Shown piece after piece: positions 49,671 to 60,586 of a stretch of DNA of 64,000 nucleotides. Made by a program: the position numbers and the translations under genes. The stretch comes from Candidatus Multivorans sp. GTDB taxonomy: Bacteria; Acidobacteriota; Thermoanaerobaculia; Multivoradales; Multivoraceae. Below the pieces are notes generated by a model, which was not told where the DNA came from, did not search any database, and saw only the letters and a list, made by a program, of their open reading frames with translations. Position 1 is the stretch's first letter. Each line of letters begins with the position of its first letter. The DNA lies in the NCBI GenBank assembly GCA_965247095.1, contig OZ251997.1, positions 4,000,001 to 4,064,000 of the forward strand, read 5' to 3'.

Positions 49671-50732
49671 ATGGCCGATATCGCGCGCATCGAACAGCTT
49701 CTGGGCAGCGAGGCGGAGAGCCTCCTCGGACACGTCTGCACCGGGATTCCGAAGGAGCTTCTGACGGTGCCGGGGCCGGACACCGTGGACCGGGCCTTCG
49801 GCCCTTCGGACCGCAACAACCGCACCCTCGGCAGCCTGGAACGCCTGCTCGAGCACGGTCGCTTGGGCGGCACCGGCTACGTCTCGATCCTGCCTGTGGA
49901 CCAGGGGATCGAGCATTCGGGAGCAGCGTCGTTCGCGCCGAACCCCATCTACTTCGACCCGGAGAACATCATCCGGCTCGCGATCGAGGGCGGCTGCAAC
50001 GGTGTCGCCTCGACCCTGGGGGTGCTGGGCAGCATCGGCCGGCGCTACGCGCACAGGATCCCGTTCATCGTCAAGATCAACCACAACGAGAGCCTGACCC
50101 ATCCTCACACCTACCACCAGGTCCTGTTCTCCCAGGTCGAGCAGGCCTGGGATCTCGGCGCGACTGCCGTCGGCGCCACGGTGTACTTCGGCGCCGAGGT
50201 GTGCCGCGAGGAACTCGTGGAGATCGCCGAGTGCTTTCAGCAGGCCCACGAACTTGGCATGGCCTGCATCCTCTGGTGCTACCTCCGCAACGACGCCTTC
50301 AAGAAGGACGGTGTGGACTACCACGACTCGGCCGACCTGACCGGCCAGGCGAACCACATCGGGGTGACGATCGAAGCCGACGTGATCAAGCAGAAGCAGG
50401 CGACGAAGAACGGCGGCTACCCGGCGATCGGTTTCGGCAAGACCCACGATCTCGTCTACAGCGAGCTGGTCTCCGACCATCCCGTCGACCTCGTGCGCTG
50501 GCAGGTCGCGAACTGCTACATGGGCCGGATCGGCCTGATCAACTCGGGCGGTTCCTCCGGCGGCGCCGGCGACCTGGCCGCCGCGGTGCGCACCGCCGTG
50601 ATCAACCGCCGGGCCGGCGGTCAGGGCCTGATCTCGGGCCGCAAGGCGTTCCAACGGCCGATGGCGGAGGGCGTGGAACTCCTGAACCACATTCAGGACG
50701 TCTACCTCTGCGACGAGATTGGAATCGCTTAG
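49671..50732 (+). CDS. fbaB: Class I fructose-bisphosphate aldolase (DhnA type)
   Basis: [24 protein letters not shown] Schiff-base Lys, [10 protein letters not shown]. Confidence 0.96.
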   Translation: MADIARIEQLLGSEAESLLGHVCTGIPKELLTVPGPDTVDRAFGPSDRNNRTLGSLERLLEHGRLGGTGYVSILPVDQGIEHSGAASFAPNPIYFDPENIIRLAIEGGCNGVASTLGVLGSIGRRYAHRIPFIVKINHNESLTHPHTYHQVLFSQVEQAWDLGATAVGATVYFGAEVCREELVEIAECFQQAHELGMACILWCYLRNDAFKKDGVDYHDSADLTGQANHIGVTIEADVIKQKQATKNGGYPAIGFGKTHDLVYSELVSDHPVDLVRWQVANCYMGRIGLINSGGSSGGAGDLAAAVRTAVINRRAGGQGLISGRKAFQRPMAEGVELLNHIQDVYLCDEIGIA

Positions 50733-51919
50733 GCGCCGATGAGCGCCGCGATATCGGCGTGCCGCGCCTCCGCGTCGCGCTCGCCGACCTCGATCATGGC
50801 GCGGATGTAGTCGGGCTGGAACATCAGCAGGCTGAGCAGGTCCGGGCTCTTCGTGTCGCGGGTGCCGAGGCCGCGGGTGAGGAACCGGAACGCCTTCGGC
50901 AGCCGGGGCTCGAACTGGGTCGCGAGCCGGCCCAGGTCCTCCGAGGGGCGCAGCAGCACGAGGTCGACCAGCCGGAGCGGGCCGCGCTCCGCCTTCGGCA
51001 GCTTCGCCAGCAGGCCGTTGATCAGTTCCAGCCGGTTCGCGTCCTGGTCGAGTTGGTCCAGGAACACGGCGTTGAGCAGCACGCCCGCGAACTGGGCCGG
51101 CGGCGGGTAGCTGCTGGCCTCCGCTCGGGGCGCCAGGGGCTGGTGCCGGGTGGAAACGGCGATCAGTCGGTCGCACCCGAGGTGCAGGGCGGGCGATAGC
51201 GGGGAGGTGAGGCGGACGCCGCCGTCGCCGTGCCAGGCGCCGGCTATCCGTACCGCCGGGAAGATCAGCGGCAGAGACGCGGAGGCGAGTACGTGGTCGA
51301 GGGTCAAAAGGGCGCGTTCCGACCGCCGTTTCGGCCTTTCCCAGGCCTCGACATCCCGGCCCTGAACCCAGGTGACGGTATGTCCCGTCGACCATTCGAC
51401 GGTCGTCACCGCGACCGCGTCGAGCCGTCCGCGCTCCAGGTTCCTTGCAATACCGGGAAGGATTCGGCTGTTTCCTGCTTCGACACCGAGCACGTTCGCG
51501 AGGTGTCCTCCCAGTGGTGAGGTGTCGACCAGACCGCGGACCCGGGGCCGGTAGCGCAGACCGCCCGAGGCCAGGTTCAGGAGCCAGCGGACCACCATGC
51601 CGCCCAGCGACCATCCGTCGTCGCGGAACACATGGTCGGGAGTCAGGTCGAGCCATATCCGGCTCAGATCTTCCGTCGCTTCGGCGGCGCTGCCCGGATG
51701 CGAGGCGAGGAACGAGGCGTTGATGGCGCCGGCGGAGACGCCGGTCAGGACATCGAAGTGGAACTCCGGCATCCGCGCCGCCAGATGGCGGACGAGTCCG
51801 ACCTGGTAGGCAGCCCGCGCGCCGCCTCCGGTCAGGACGAGCCCGATGCGGGGCTTTCGCCCGCGGTACCGCCCGCCGTTGTCCCCGGGTCGGCGTGCGG
51901 GCGATTCTCCGGTGGGCAT
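50729..51919 (-). CDS. Patatin-like phospholipase
   Basis: [16 protein letters not shown] motifs. Confidence 0.93.
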   Translation of the reverse strand: MPTGESPARRPGDNGGRYRGRKPRIGLVLTGGGARAAYQVGLVRHLAARMPEFHFDVLTGVSAGAINASFLASHPGSAAEATEDLSRIWLDLTPDHVFRDDGWSLGGMVVRWLLNLASGGLRYRPRVRGLVDTSPLGGHLANVLGVEAGNSRILPGIARNLERGRLDAVAVTTVEWSTGHTVTWVQGRDVEAWERPKRRSERALLTLDHVLASASLPLIFPAVRIAGAWHGDGGVRLTSPLSPALHLGCDRLIAVSTRHQPLAPRAEASSYPPPAQFAGVLLNAVFLDQLDQDANRLELINGLLAKLPKAERGPLRLVDLVLLRPSEDLGRLATQFEPRLPKAFRFLTRGLGTRDTKSPDLLSLLMFQPDYIRAMIEVGERDAEARHADIAALIGA

Positions 51920-52184
51920 CGGCAGTGCTGGACTGTATCGGATGCCCCGGAGCCTGGGACGCGAGCACTCTGGCCCCCTGGTTCACGGGCGTCTCGCCCG
52001 CATCCGGCCATGCGCCGGCCGGAACATCGGCCCGCCCTGCTTTCATCCGACCAAGCCGGTGTTGACGAGACCTTGGCTGCGTTGGATCAGGGCTTCGAGC
52101 GCTACGCACGTTCCGAAGAGAAGAGGGAGTCAGGCCGCGACCACACGGGACCATCAGGGCGAGCATTCCCCCGATGAGTAGTGT

Positions 52185-52640
52185 CTAGTCGTTCTGCCCG
52201 AACACGCTCGGAGTGCCGACGTAAAGCAACTCCACTTCGGAGTCGGTCAGGTTGCTCGCGTTGTGGACGGTGCGCGCGTTGAAGTGCATCGAGTCGCCCT
52301 CCGTAAGAGTCATCTTTTCGTCTCCTAGTTCGCAGTAGAGCTCGCCCTTGATGACGTACAGAAAGTCCTCGCCCTCCCGCTGGTCGTCGGTGAAGACGTG
52401 GCCGGCAGGGATCTCCATGAAGGCCGAGGCCTTCACGTCGAGGGCTCGAGCCAGATTCAACAGGGAAACAAGGGACGGGCTCGCCTTGTTGCGCTCCACC
52501 AGGGAGATGAAGGCGGGAGAGAGCCCGGCCTTCTCGCCCAACTGTTGCAGGGTCAGCCCGAGCTGCACGCGACGAGCCCGGATCATCTGGCCGGCCTGCA
52601 GCAGTCGCTTTGAAGCTGTTTTCTCGCCCCTCTTGAACAT
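52185..52640 (-). CDS. XRE-HTH/cupin regulator (short, possibly internally deleted)
   Basis: IRARR..LTLQQL..SLVERNKASPS; GEDFLYVIKGEL, GDSMHF. Confidence 0.8.
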   Translation of the reverse strand: MFKRGEKTASKRLLQAGQMIRARRVQLGLTLQQLGEKAGLSPAFISLVERNKASPSLVSLLNLARALDVKASAFMEIPAGHVFTDDQREGEDFLYVIKGELYCELGDEKMTLTEGDSMHFNARTVHNASNLTDSEVELLYVGTPSVFGQND

Positions 52641-52744
52641 AGCCAAGCCTCTTGAATCAAGCCCCTAATGGTATACCGAGCATGGGAGTAGCGACGGGTA
52701 GTGGCTGGAGCAGGCGGCCACGTACAAGGCGTAGTGTTGTGGAC

Positions 52745-53500
52745 ATGGGCGAAACGGGGCCGAACGCTGCTCGAAAGGTGGAGACGCCGATCCGCGCGGC
52801 CTATCTGGGCCGGGTGGGTTACGAAGCCGGTGTCGAGTTGCAGCACCGGGTCCGGCAGTCCATCCTTGACGCCGACCCCGATGCCGCGGACACGTTGCTC
52901 CTGCTCGAGCATCCGCCGACCTACACGGTGGGCCGAAACAGCGACCGGGGCGACGTCCTGGCGGCGCCGGACTGGCTCGAGCAGCGCGGAATCGCCGTCG
53001 CCCAGTGCGACCGGGGCGGACGCGCCACGTACCACGGTCCGGGTCAGCTCGTGGGATACCCGGTGCTCGACCTGAGGCCGGACCGGCGGAACGTTCGCGC
53101 CTACGTCCGTGATCTGCAGGAGGTGCTGGTCAGGACGCTGGCGGTGTTCGGCGTCAGTGCCTTGGGCGGCGAGGAACGCGAGCGGATCGGCGTCTGGGTC
53201 GGGCATCGGAAGATCGCCTCGATCGGCATCCACCTCCGGCGCTGGGTCACCACCCACGGTTTCGCGCTCAACGTGTCGACCGAACTCGACGACTTCGCCG
53301 GCATCCTCTCCTGCGGCTTCGACGCCGGCGTGATGACCTCGATCGAGGACCTCACCGGCCGCCGCCACAGCCTGGCCGAAGTCGCCGCGTGCTGCGCGGA
53401 GACCTTCGCGGAGGTCTTCGAACGCCGGCTGCTCACGGTGGAGGCCGCTAGGATTCGAGAACACGCGCGGCCGGAGGAGGGTCGGCCGCCGGAGTCGTAA
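52745..53500 (+). CDS. lipB: Octanoyltransferase LipB
   Basis: LLEHPPTYTVG, RGGRATYHGPGQLVGYP, KIASIG, HGFALN. Confidence 0.96.
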   Translation: MGETGPNAARKVETPIRAAYLGRVGYEAGVELQHRVRQSILDADPDAADTLLLLEHPPTYTVGRNSDRGDVLAAPDWLEQRGIAVAQCDRGGRATYHGPGQLVGYPVLDLRPDRRNVRAYVRDLQEVLVRTLAVFGVSALGGEERERIGVWVGHRKIASIGIHLRRWVTTHGFALNVSTELDDFAGILSCGFDAGVMTSIEDLTGRRHSLAEVAACCAETFAEVFERRLLTVEAARIREHARPEEGRPPES

Positions 53501-53505
53501 CCCGC

Positions 53506-54438
53506 ATGGACGAACTCGTTCCCATCGGCGCCCCGCCGGCCGCGGCCGGCGCCGCCCGCTTGCCGCGGCCCGACTGGCTGCGGATCCGGCTGTCGACGCC
53601 GGAGCCGTATCACCGCGTGCGCCGGTTGGTCGAGGGTTTGAACCTGAACACGGTATGCGAAGAGGCGCGCTGCCCGAACATCTACGAGTGCTGGGGCCAG
53701 CACGGTACCGCCACGTTCATGATCCTCGGCGACACCTGTACCCGCCGCTGCGGCTTCTGCGCCGTCCATACGGGACGGCCCGCCCCCGGTGTCGACGCGG
53801 ACGAACCGGCGAGGGTGGGGAAGGCCGCGGCGACCATGGGGCTCCGGCACGTGGTCGTCACCTCCGTCGACCGCGACGACCTGCCGGACGGCGGCGCGGG
53901 CCACTTCGCGGACACCATCCGGGCGATCCGGGCGCAGGTGCCCGGTGCCGCGGTCGAGGTGCTGACGCCGGACTTTCGGGGCGTCGCCGACGCCCTCGAC
54001 ATCGTCCTCGAAGCCCGGCCGGAGGTCTTTTCCCACAACACGGAGACGGTGCCCCGGCTCTACCGTCAGGCGCGCCCCGGCAGCCGCTACGAGCGCAGCG
54101 TCGACCTGCTCAGCGAAGCGGCGGCCCGCCGCGACGGTGGAGGCTATGGCGGGAGGGTGAAGACGGGCCTGATGGTCGGCCTGGGCGAGACGACGGCGGA
54201 GCTCGAATCGACGATCACGGACATCCGCGCCGCGGGAACAGAGATCCTCACCATCGGTCAGTACCTGCGGCCGACCCGGGACCACCTGCCTGTCGATCGC
54301 TACGTTCACCCGGACGAGTTCGCGCGACTACGCGAGTTCGCCCTGGGGCTTGGCTTCAGCCACTGCGAAGCGGGCCCCCTGGTCCGCAGCAGCTACCACG
54401 CGCACGAGCACGTTCGCCGGCAGGATGAGAGCCTGTAG
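53506..54438 (+). CDS. lipA: Lipoyl synthase
   Basis: CEEARCPNIYEC, CTRRCGFC, RSSYHA. Confidence 0.98.
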   Translation: MDELVPIGAPPAAAGAARLPRPDWLRIRLSTPEPYHRVRRLVEGLNLNTVCEEARCPNIYECWGQHGTATFMILGDTCTRRCGFCAVHTGRPAPGVDADEPARVGKAAATMGLRHVVVTSVDRDDLPDGGAGHFADTIRAIRAQVPGAAVEVLTPDFRGVADALDIVLEARPEVFSHNTETVPRLYRQARPGSRYERSVDLLSEAAARRDGGGYGGRVKTGLMVGLGETTAELESTITDIRAAGTEILTIGQYLRPTRDHLPVDRYVHPDEFARLREFALGLGFSHCEAGPLVRSSYHAHEHVRRQDESL

Positions 54439-54473
54439 CGAGCATTCCCCGTGCCGCCCCCGGAAGTGAGACC

Positions 54474-55436
54474 ATGACGATCTTCTCGCGTTTCGTCGGC
54501 TGCTCCCTGCCACTGTTGCCGCCTCCCCTCGTGCGTTGGGTGGCGGCGCCCTACGTGGCCGGCGACGAGCCGGACGATGCGCTCGCCCGTACCGGCGGCC
54601 TGAACCGCAGGGGACTGGCTGGGACCCTGGCGCTCCTCGGCGAGGAGGTCGACAGCCGGGAACTCGCAGTCGAGGGCACCGGGCTTTACGTCGACCTCGT
54701 CGAGGCGATCAGCGACCAAGGTCTCGACTGCAACGTCTCCGTCAAGCTGACCCTCCTGGGGCTCAAGGTCGATCGCGAACTCTGCCGCGAGCACCTCGCT
54801 CGCCTGGTCGAGCGGGCAGCCACTCGCGGCAACTTCGTCCGTATCGACATGGAGGACCACACCTGCACCACGGACACCTTGGACCTGTACGGCGAGGCGC
54901 TTGCCGACTCGCGGTCCCGCGCCGACGCCGGTGGCCCGCGCGGCGCCGGCGCCGGCGGCGACGCGGTCGGAATCGTGCTCCAGGCCTACCTCCACCGCAC
55001 CCTCGCAGACATTGCGGCGTTGCCGGAGCGGGCGAACGTCCGCCTCTGCAAGGGGATCTACGTCGAGCCGGGGACGGTCGCTCTCACCGGCTACGAGCAG
55101 GTGCGCCAGAACTTCCTGGCGTCACTCGAGGCCCTGTTCGACCGCGGCGCCTACGTCGGCATTGCCACCCACGACGGCTATCTCCTGCGCGAAGCGGCGG
55201 CGATCGTCGAGCGGCGCGGCCTTGCGGCTGACCGGTACGAGTTCCAGATGCTCCTGGGGGTGACCGAAGATCGCCGGGATGAGCTCGCTGCCGCCGGCCA
55301 TCGGGTACGGATCTACGTGCCCTACGGCCGCCAGTGGTATGCCTACTCGACGCGCCGGCTGCGTGAGAACCCGCAGATCGCCGGCCATGTGGCGCGGGCG
55401 TTCTTCCTCCGGGTGCTAGGAGGCCGTCACTGGTAA
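54474..55436 (+). CDS. Monofunctional proline dehydrogenase
   Basis: SVKLT, RIDME, VRLCKG, IATHD, EFQMLLG, RRLRENP. Confidence 0.93.
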   Translation: MTIFSRFVGCSLPLLPPPLVRWVAAPYVAGDEPDDALARTGGLNRRGLAGTLALLGEEVDSRELAVEGTGLYVDLVEAISDQGLDCNVSVKLTLLGLKVDRELCREHLARLVERAATRGNFVRIDMEDHTCTTDTLDLYGEALADSRSRADAGGPRGAGAGGDAVGIVLQAYLHRTLADIAALPERANVRLCKGIYVEPGTVALTGYEQVRQNFLASLEALFDRGAYVGIATHDGYLLREAAAIVERRGLAADRYEFQMLLGVTEDRRDELAAAGHRVRIYVPYGRQWYAYSTRRLRENPQIAGHVARAFFLRVLGGRHW

Positions 55437-55496
55437 CTTCCCTCGGAAGGCAAGTCGGCATAACGTCGCGGCCCGACGAACCGAGGAGATCCGAAG

Positions 55497-56348
55497 GTGA
55501 CCACGAGCAGGAACGAGGAAGGCGGCGCAGGCGGTGGCGATGCCCGCGTTGCTGTGATCGGCGCGGGCAAGATGGGCCAGACCCTGATCGGCGGCTGGCT
55601 CGACGCCGGCGCCGTCGCCGCCGGGTCGATCGTGGCGACGGCGGCCCATGCGGATCGAGTCGCCCGGGTGGCGCGGAGTTTCGGAGTCGCCGGCACCGTC
55701 GACAACCGAGCCGCGGTCAAGGGCGCCGACATCGTGATGCTTGCAGTCAAGCCGCAAACTGCCGACCTCGTCCTTGCCGAGATCGGCGACGCCCTGCGCC
55801 CGGAACAGCTCGTCGTCTCGATTCTGGCCTCGGTGACCACGTCCTACATTGAGGCCCGCCTGCCGGTCCCCATCCCGGTCGTGCGGGCGATGCCGAACAC
55901 GCCGAGCCTCGTGGGGGCCGGCATGACGGCGATTTGCGCCGGCCGCCATGCGTCTGCCGACCACATGGCGGCGTCGGAACGTCTGTTCAAGCCCCTCGGG
56001 CGCACCGTCGTGGCGGACGAGAAGCACATGGACGCGATCACCGGACTGTCCGCCTCCGGACCGGCGTTCCTCTACATCGTGATCGAGGCCCTGGCGGACG
56101 GGGGCGTGAAGGTCGGCCTGCCGCGGAAGATGGCGATCGAACTGGCTGCCCAGACCTGTCTCGGCGCCGGCAAGATGGTGCTCGACACGGGCCGCCACCC
56201 GGCGCTGCTCAAGGACGAAGTGACGACGCCCGCGGGCTGCACGGTCGACGGCATCCTGCGGCTGGAAGAGGGTGGCCTCCGGGTGACCCTGATCAAGGCG
56301 ATCGTCGAGGCGGCGTCACGCGCCGCCGAACTGGTGTCCGACGAGTAG
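55497..56348 (+). CDS. proC: Pyrroline-5-carboxylate reductase
   Basis: IGAGKMG, AVKPQ, RAMPNTP, SASGPAF, VTTPAGCT. Confidence 0.96.
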   Translation: MTTSRNEEGGAGGGDARVAVIGAGKMGQTLIGGWLDAGAVAAGSIVATAAHADRVARVARSFGVAGTVDNRAAVKGADIVMLAVKPQTADLVLAEIGDALRPEQLVVSILASVTTSYIEARLPVPIPVVRAMPNTPSLVGAGMTAICAGRHASADHMAASERLFKPLGRTVVADEKHMDAITGLSASGPAFLYIVIEALADGGVKVGLPRKMAIELAAQTCLGAGKMVLDTGRHPALLKDEVTTPAGCTVDGILRLEEGGLRVTLIKAIVEAASRAAELVSDE

Positions 56349-56367
56349 CCGGCTACGCAGGCATCCG

Positions 56368-58083
56368 ATGCTGCGCTCTCTGTACGTGCAGAACCTGGCC
56401 GTGATCGAACGGGCAGAGCTTCAGTTCGGGCCGGGCCTGAACGTGGTCACGGGCGAGACGGGCGCGGGCAAGTCCCTGGTCGTCGATTCGCTGTCCCTGC
56501 TTGCCGGGGGTCGCGCCAGTTCGGAGACGATCCGTACGGGCGCGGACACGCTGGTCCTGAGCGGCGTCTTCGAGCCTTCGGGCAGCGACTGGCGGCGGCT
56601 GCTCGAAGAGGCCGGCGTGCCGGCGGAAGGGGACGAGCTCCTGGTGCGCCGCGAGGTTACCCGGGCGGGGCGCAACCGCGTGTTCGTGAACGATCACCCG
56701 GTGACGCTGCGGTTTCTTTCCGCGGTGACCCGCCGTCTGATCCGCATCTTCGGTCAGCGCGACGAACTCGGCATGCTGTCGCCCGAACTGCAGCGGGCCT
56801 GGCTCGATCGGTCGGGCGGCGACTCCGTTGCGGCACTCGTGGCGTCGTGCGCCAGCGCCTACGAGGCCTACCGCGAGACGGCCGATCGGCTCGAGCGCTT
56901 GAGCGGCGACGATCAGCTTCGCCTGGAGCGGATCGACCTGCTCAAGTTCCAAACCTCGGAAATCGACGCCGCGGGCCTCTTGTCCGGCGAGGACGAGGAG
57001 CTGCGGGCCGAACGGGAAGTGCTGCGCCATGCCGAGGCGATCGCGGGCGCTTTGCACCGGGCGCTCGCCCTGCTCAGCGACGACGATCAAGCGGTTGACA
57101 GCCGGCTCGCTCAGGCCGGAAACGCGCTGCAGGACATCGCGCGCTGGCAACCCGAGGCCGGGGCCTGGGCCGACACCCTGGTCGAGGCGGGCACGCTGGT
57201 GAACGATCTGACGGCCGACCTACGGACACGGGCGGTCGGTTCCGATTCGGATCCCAGGCGGCTCGACCGGATCGAGGAGCGCTTGAGCGTGATCGAGCGT
57301 CTGACCCGGAAGTACGGCGGCAGCAGTGCCGACGTGCTGGAGCACGGCCGCCGTCTGGCCGAGGAGCTGTTCGAGTTGGAGACGGCGGACGTTCGCCGCG
57401 ACGAGGTGGAGCAGCAGGCCGCGGCCTGCCTCGCTGAGTACGCCGCGCGCGCCGAGGCTCTGTCTCTCACGCGCCGCGAACTCGGGGCCGCGCTGGAGAG
57501 CGATGTCCTTGGCCACCTCCGGGATCTGGCGCTCGATCGCGCCGCGTTCGAGGTGGAGATCGGCCGTGCGCCGCGCCCGGACAGCTCCCTTGAACTGGAC
57601 GGCGAGCGCGTCGCCTTCGATCGCCTGGGCGTCGATCAGGTGACCTACCGCTTCAGCGCCAACCCGGGCGAGGCGCTTCGCCCGCTGTCCAGGGTCGCCT
57701 CGGGCGGCGAGCTGGCGCGCCTGTTCCTGGCGCTCCAGACCGCTGTTCGCGGCGCGGGACCTGCGGCGGAATCGACCCTGGTCTTCGACGAGGTGGACTC
57801 GGGGGTCGGCGGCGCCGAGGCGGCGATCGTCGGCCGCAAGCTGCAGCGCCTGGCCGGCGGCGGCCAGATCCTGACCGTGACCCACCTGCCCCAGGTGGCG
57901 AGCCGCGGCGACCTCCACCTCGAGGTCAAGAAGGAGGTGCGAGCCGGCCGGACGCTGGTCGACGTCCACCGCCTCGACGACGAACGCCGCGTCGAGGAAA
58001 TAGCCCGCATGCTCGCCGGCGAAGAGATCACCGAGACCGCCCGCTCGGCGGCCGAGGAACTGATCGCCGCCGCCGCCGAGTAG
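56368..58083 (+). CDS. recN: DNA repair protein RecN
   Basis: TGETGAGKS, ASGGELAR, FDEVDSGVGG, THLPQVA. Confidence 0.97.
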   Translation: MLRSLYVQNLAVIERAELQFGPGLNVVTGETGAGKSLVVDSLSLLAGGRASSETIRTGADTLVLSGVFEPSGSDWRRLLEEAGVPAEGDELLVRREVTRAGRNRVFVNDHPVTLRFLSAVTRRLIRIFGQRDELGMLSPELQRAWLDRSGGDSVAALVASCASAYEAYRETADRLERLSGDDQLRLERIDLLKFQTSEIDAAGLLSGEDEELRAEREVLRHAEAIAGALHRALALLSDDDQAVDSRLAQAGNALQDIARWQPEAGAWADTLVEAGTLVNDLTADLRTRAVGSDSDPRRLDRIEERLSVIERLTRKYGGSSADVLEHGRRLAEELFELETADVRRDEVEQQAAACLAEYAARAEALSLTRRELGAALESDVLGHLRDLALDRAAFEVEIGRAPRPDSSLELDGERVAFDRLGVDQVTYRFSANPGEALRPLSRVASGGELARLFLALQTAVRGAGPAAESTLVFDEVDSGVGGAEAAIVGRKLQRLAGGGQILTVTHLPQVASRGDLHLEVKKEVRAGRTLVDVHRLDDERRVEEIARMLAGEEITETARSAAEELIAAAAE

Positions 58084-58086
58084 GCA

Positions 58087-58695
58087 ATGCTCCGCATCTG
58101 GCCCTGGGACGGCGATCCCCGCGACTTGAGTCAGGCTCTGGCCGACGGCCGCGTGCTCGCGATCCCGACGGAGTCTTCCTACGGTCTTGCGGTCGATCCG
58201 CGTTCCGCGGCGGGTGTCGAGGCGATCTACCGTCTTAAGGAACGAGAGCGGGGCAAGCCTCTTCCAGTCGTAGCGGCGAGCCTGACGCAGGCGACCGACC
58301 TCGGCATCGAACCGAACGAGGCGGTGCGGATGGCGGAGGCCCACTGGCCGGCGGCGCTGACGGTGGTGGCGCCGCTTCGTTCCGGTGTGTCGGTACCCGC
58401 GGCGGCGGGCGGCCGGACGCTGGCAGTGCGGGTACCGGCGCATGAACGGCTCCGGGGACTGCTCCGCGCCCTGGGACACCCGTTGACCGCAACCAGTGCG
58501 AACCGGAGCGGGGAGCCGCCGATCTGCGAGCTGCCGGCGCTCGAACCGATCCTCGGCGACGCCGGCGCGATCCTCGGCGATGCCCGAGCCATCGTGGTCG
58601 GCGGCGACACGACGCCGGGAGGGCCGCCATCCACCGTGGTATCTTGGACTTCCGCCGGCTTGCGGGTGTTGCGCCGCGGGCGCTTCGATCTCTAG
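58087..58695 (+). CDS. tsaC: Threonylcarbamoyl-AMP synthase (TsaC/Sua5 family)
   Basis: PTESSYGL, LKER..KPL, TATSANRSG, PSTV. Confidence 0.92.
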   Translation: MLRIWPWDGDPRDLSQALADGRVLAIPTESSYGLAVDPRSAAGVEAIYRLKERERGKPLPVVAASLTQATDLGIEPNEAVRMAEAHWPAALTVVAPLRSGVSVPAAAGGRTLAVRVPAHERLRGLLRALGHPLTATSANRSGEPPICELPALEPILGDAGAILGDARAIVVGGDTTPGGPPSTVVSWTSAGLRVLRRGRFDL

Positions 58696-58741
58696 CACCG
58701 GTCGCCGGTTCAACTTGCCGACTGCGAAGCGAACCCTGACA

Positions 58742-60586
58742 GTGACCCGTTCCGTCGCCCTCGGTCTTCTGGTTGCCGCCCTGCTGCCGGTCGCTTTGGC
58801 CCGCGCGCAGGAACCGGTCGCGGCGTCGCGTACCGAGTCGGCTCCTCCGGTCGATCTGAACGGCAACGAGATCGGCGTCGACGAGGTCTCCCGCGGGCAA
58901 ACCGGCTACGGCCTGTCCGTGTTCGCCGGCAGCGAGCCTACGCGTTTCGGAGTCGAGGTCGTCGGCGTGATCCGCGAGATGGAACCGGGCACGAGCTACA
59001 TCGTCGCCCGCCTGAGCGGCAATGGCCTCGAGGAGTCGGGCATCGTGGCCGGGATGAGCGGCAGCCCCGTCTACATCGACGACCGCCTTGCCGGGGCAGT
59101 CGCCTATTCCTGGGCGTTTAGCAGCGAAGCGCTGGCGCTGATCACACCGATCGCCGCGATGCGGGAGTTGAGCGCGCTCGAAGGCGGGGAAGCCGCAGGC
59201 GAGTCGCAGGGACTGGCTGCTCCGGGTTCGCCACAGGCGTTCGACCAGGCCGTGCGGCAGATGCTCGAACCGCCCGACGACGTTGCCGCGGCGGTTCGGG
59301 AGACCGTCGCGGAGCAGCTCGGCACGCTGGTCGCGCCGGCGGACTGGGGTGGTCGCGGGGGCGCACAGGTTGTTACCCTGGGCTTCGGCGAACCGCTGCG
59401 ACGGATGCTCGCCGCCGCCCCGGCGGGGCGCGCCGACACGGCCGAGATGCCGGACCTCGGCGCCGGCAGTGCGGTCGCGGGTGTCTTGATCGACGGCGAC
59501 CTGAAGATTGCGGTCGGCGGTACGGTGACCCGGGTCGAGGACGGCGAGGTGCTGGCCATGGGGCACCCCTACCTCGGTGTGGGTCCGCTGCGCGTGCCGA
59601 TGGCGACGGTGGAGGTGATCGGGGTGGTGCCGCGGCTCAACAGTTCGATGCGGCTCAGCAACATCGGCTCGGTGGTCGGCGCCTTCGACCAGGACCGCTT
59701 CGCGGGACTGAGGGGGCGGGTCGGCGCCGAGGCGCGCACGATCCCCATGACGATCCAGGTCGAGGCCCCGAACGGCGATGTCCGCCGCTTCGACCTCCGG
59801 TTGGCGGATCTGCCCAGGATGCTGCCTTCACTGGTCGGCATTCCGACCATGCAGGCGCTCAATTCCGCTTCGTACGGCGGCGGCGAGAGCGGTCTGGACA
59901 TGACCGGCACCCTGCGCCTGCGCGGGCACGAGGACGTGCCGCTGCGCCAGAACTTCGACGGCTCGGGCCCCGGCACGAGCGCCGCCTTCTACCTGATCGC
60001 CCTGATCGGGGCCTTGGTCAACTCGGACTACGAAGGCGTCGAGATCGAGGGCATCGATCTCACCCTGAGCCAGACCCACAGAGTGCGGACGGTCGAGATC
60101 GAGCGCGCCCAGGCCTCTTCGAGGAGGGTTCACGCGGGCGACACGGTGGACGTCGTGTTCGATCTCCGGCGGCATCGCGGCGACCGGTACCAGGAGACCC
60201 TGCAGGTGACGATTCCCGAGGACCGCCGGCCGGGCCGCTACTACCTCTTCGTCGGCGACGGCGTGAGCATCGACGCGGCGCGGCTGCAACTCGAGCCCAG
60301 CAAGGCGTCGTCCCTGACGGACCAGCTCGACATGCTGCGTTCGTTCCAGCCGAAGAGCCGGCTCGCTGCGCTCGGCGTCGTGCCGGCCCGTGGGTTGATC
60401 GTCGAGGGACGGCCGATGCCGCAGCTTCCGGCCTCGGTGCGGTCGATCTGGCAGGCGTCTCCCCTGCAGGGAGAGCCCCGGGCCCTGAACCTGGCGATCG
60501 TGAACGAGCAGGGACGCGATCTCGGAATTCCGCTCGACGGCCTGTTCCGGCTCGACCTCGAGATCCTGCCCGGTACCGCGCCTTGA
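58742..60586 (+). CDS. SpoIVB (S55) peptidase-domain secreted protein
   Basis: Signal peptide, GIVAGMSGSPV, GTVT, AMGHP. Confidence 0.88.
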   Translation: MTRSVALGLLVAALLPVALARAQEPVAASRTESAPPVDLNGNEIGVDEVSRGQTGYGLSVFAGSEPTRFGVEVVGVIREMEPGTSYIVARLSGNGLEESGIVAGMSGSPVYIDDRLAGAVAYSWAFSSEALALITPIAAMRELSALEGGEAAGESQGLAAPGSPQAFDQAVRQMLEPPDDVAAAVRETVAEQLGTLVAPADWGGRGGAQVVTLGFGEPLRRMLAAAPAGRADTAEMPDLGAGSAVAGVLIDGDLKIAVGGTVTRVEDGEVLAMGHPYLGVGPLRVPMATVEVIGVVPRLNSSMRLSNIGSVVGAFDQDRFAGLRGRVGAEARTIPMTIQVEAPNGDVRRFDLRLADLPRMLPSLVGIPTMQALNSASYGGGESGLDMTGTLRLRGHEDVPLRQNFDGSGPGTSAAFYLIALIGALVNSDYEGVEIEGIDLTLSQTHRVRTVEIERAQASSRRVHAGDTVDVVFDLRRHRGDRYQETLQVTIPEDRRPGRYYLFVGDGVSIDAARLQLEPSKASSLTDQLDMLRSFQPKSRLAALGVVPARGLIVEGRPMPQLPASVRSIWQASPLQGEPRALNLAIVNEQGRDLGIPLDGLFRLDLEILPGTAP

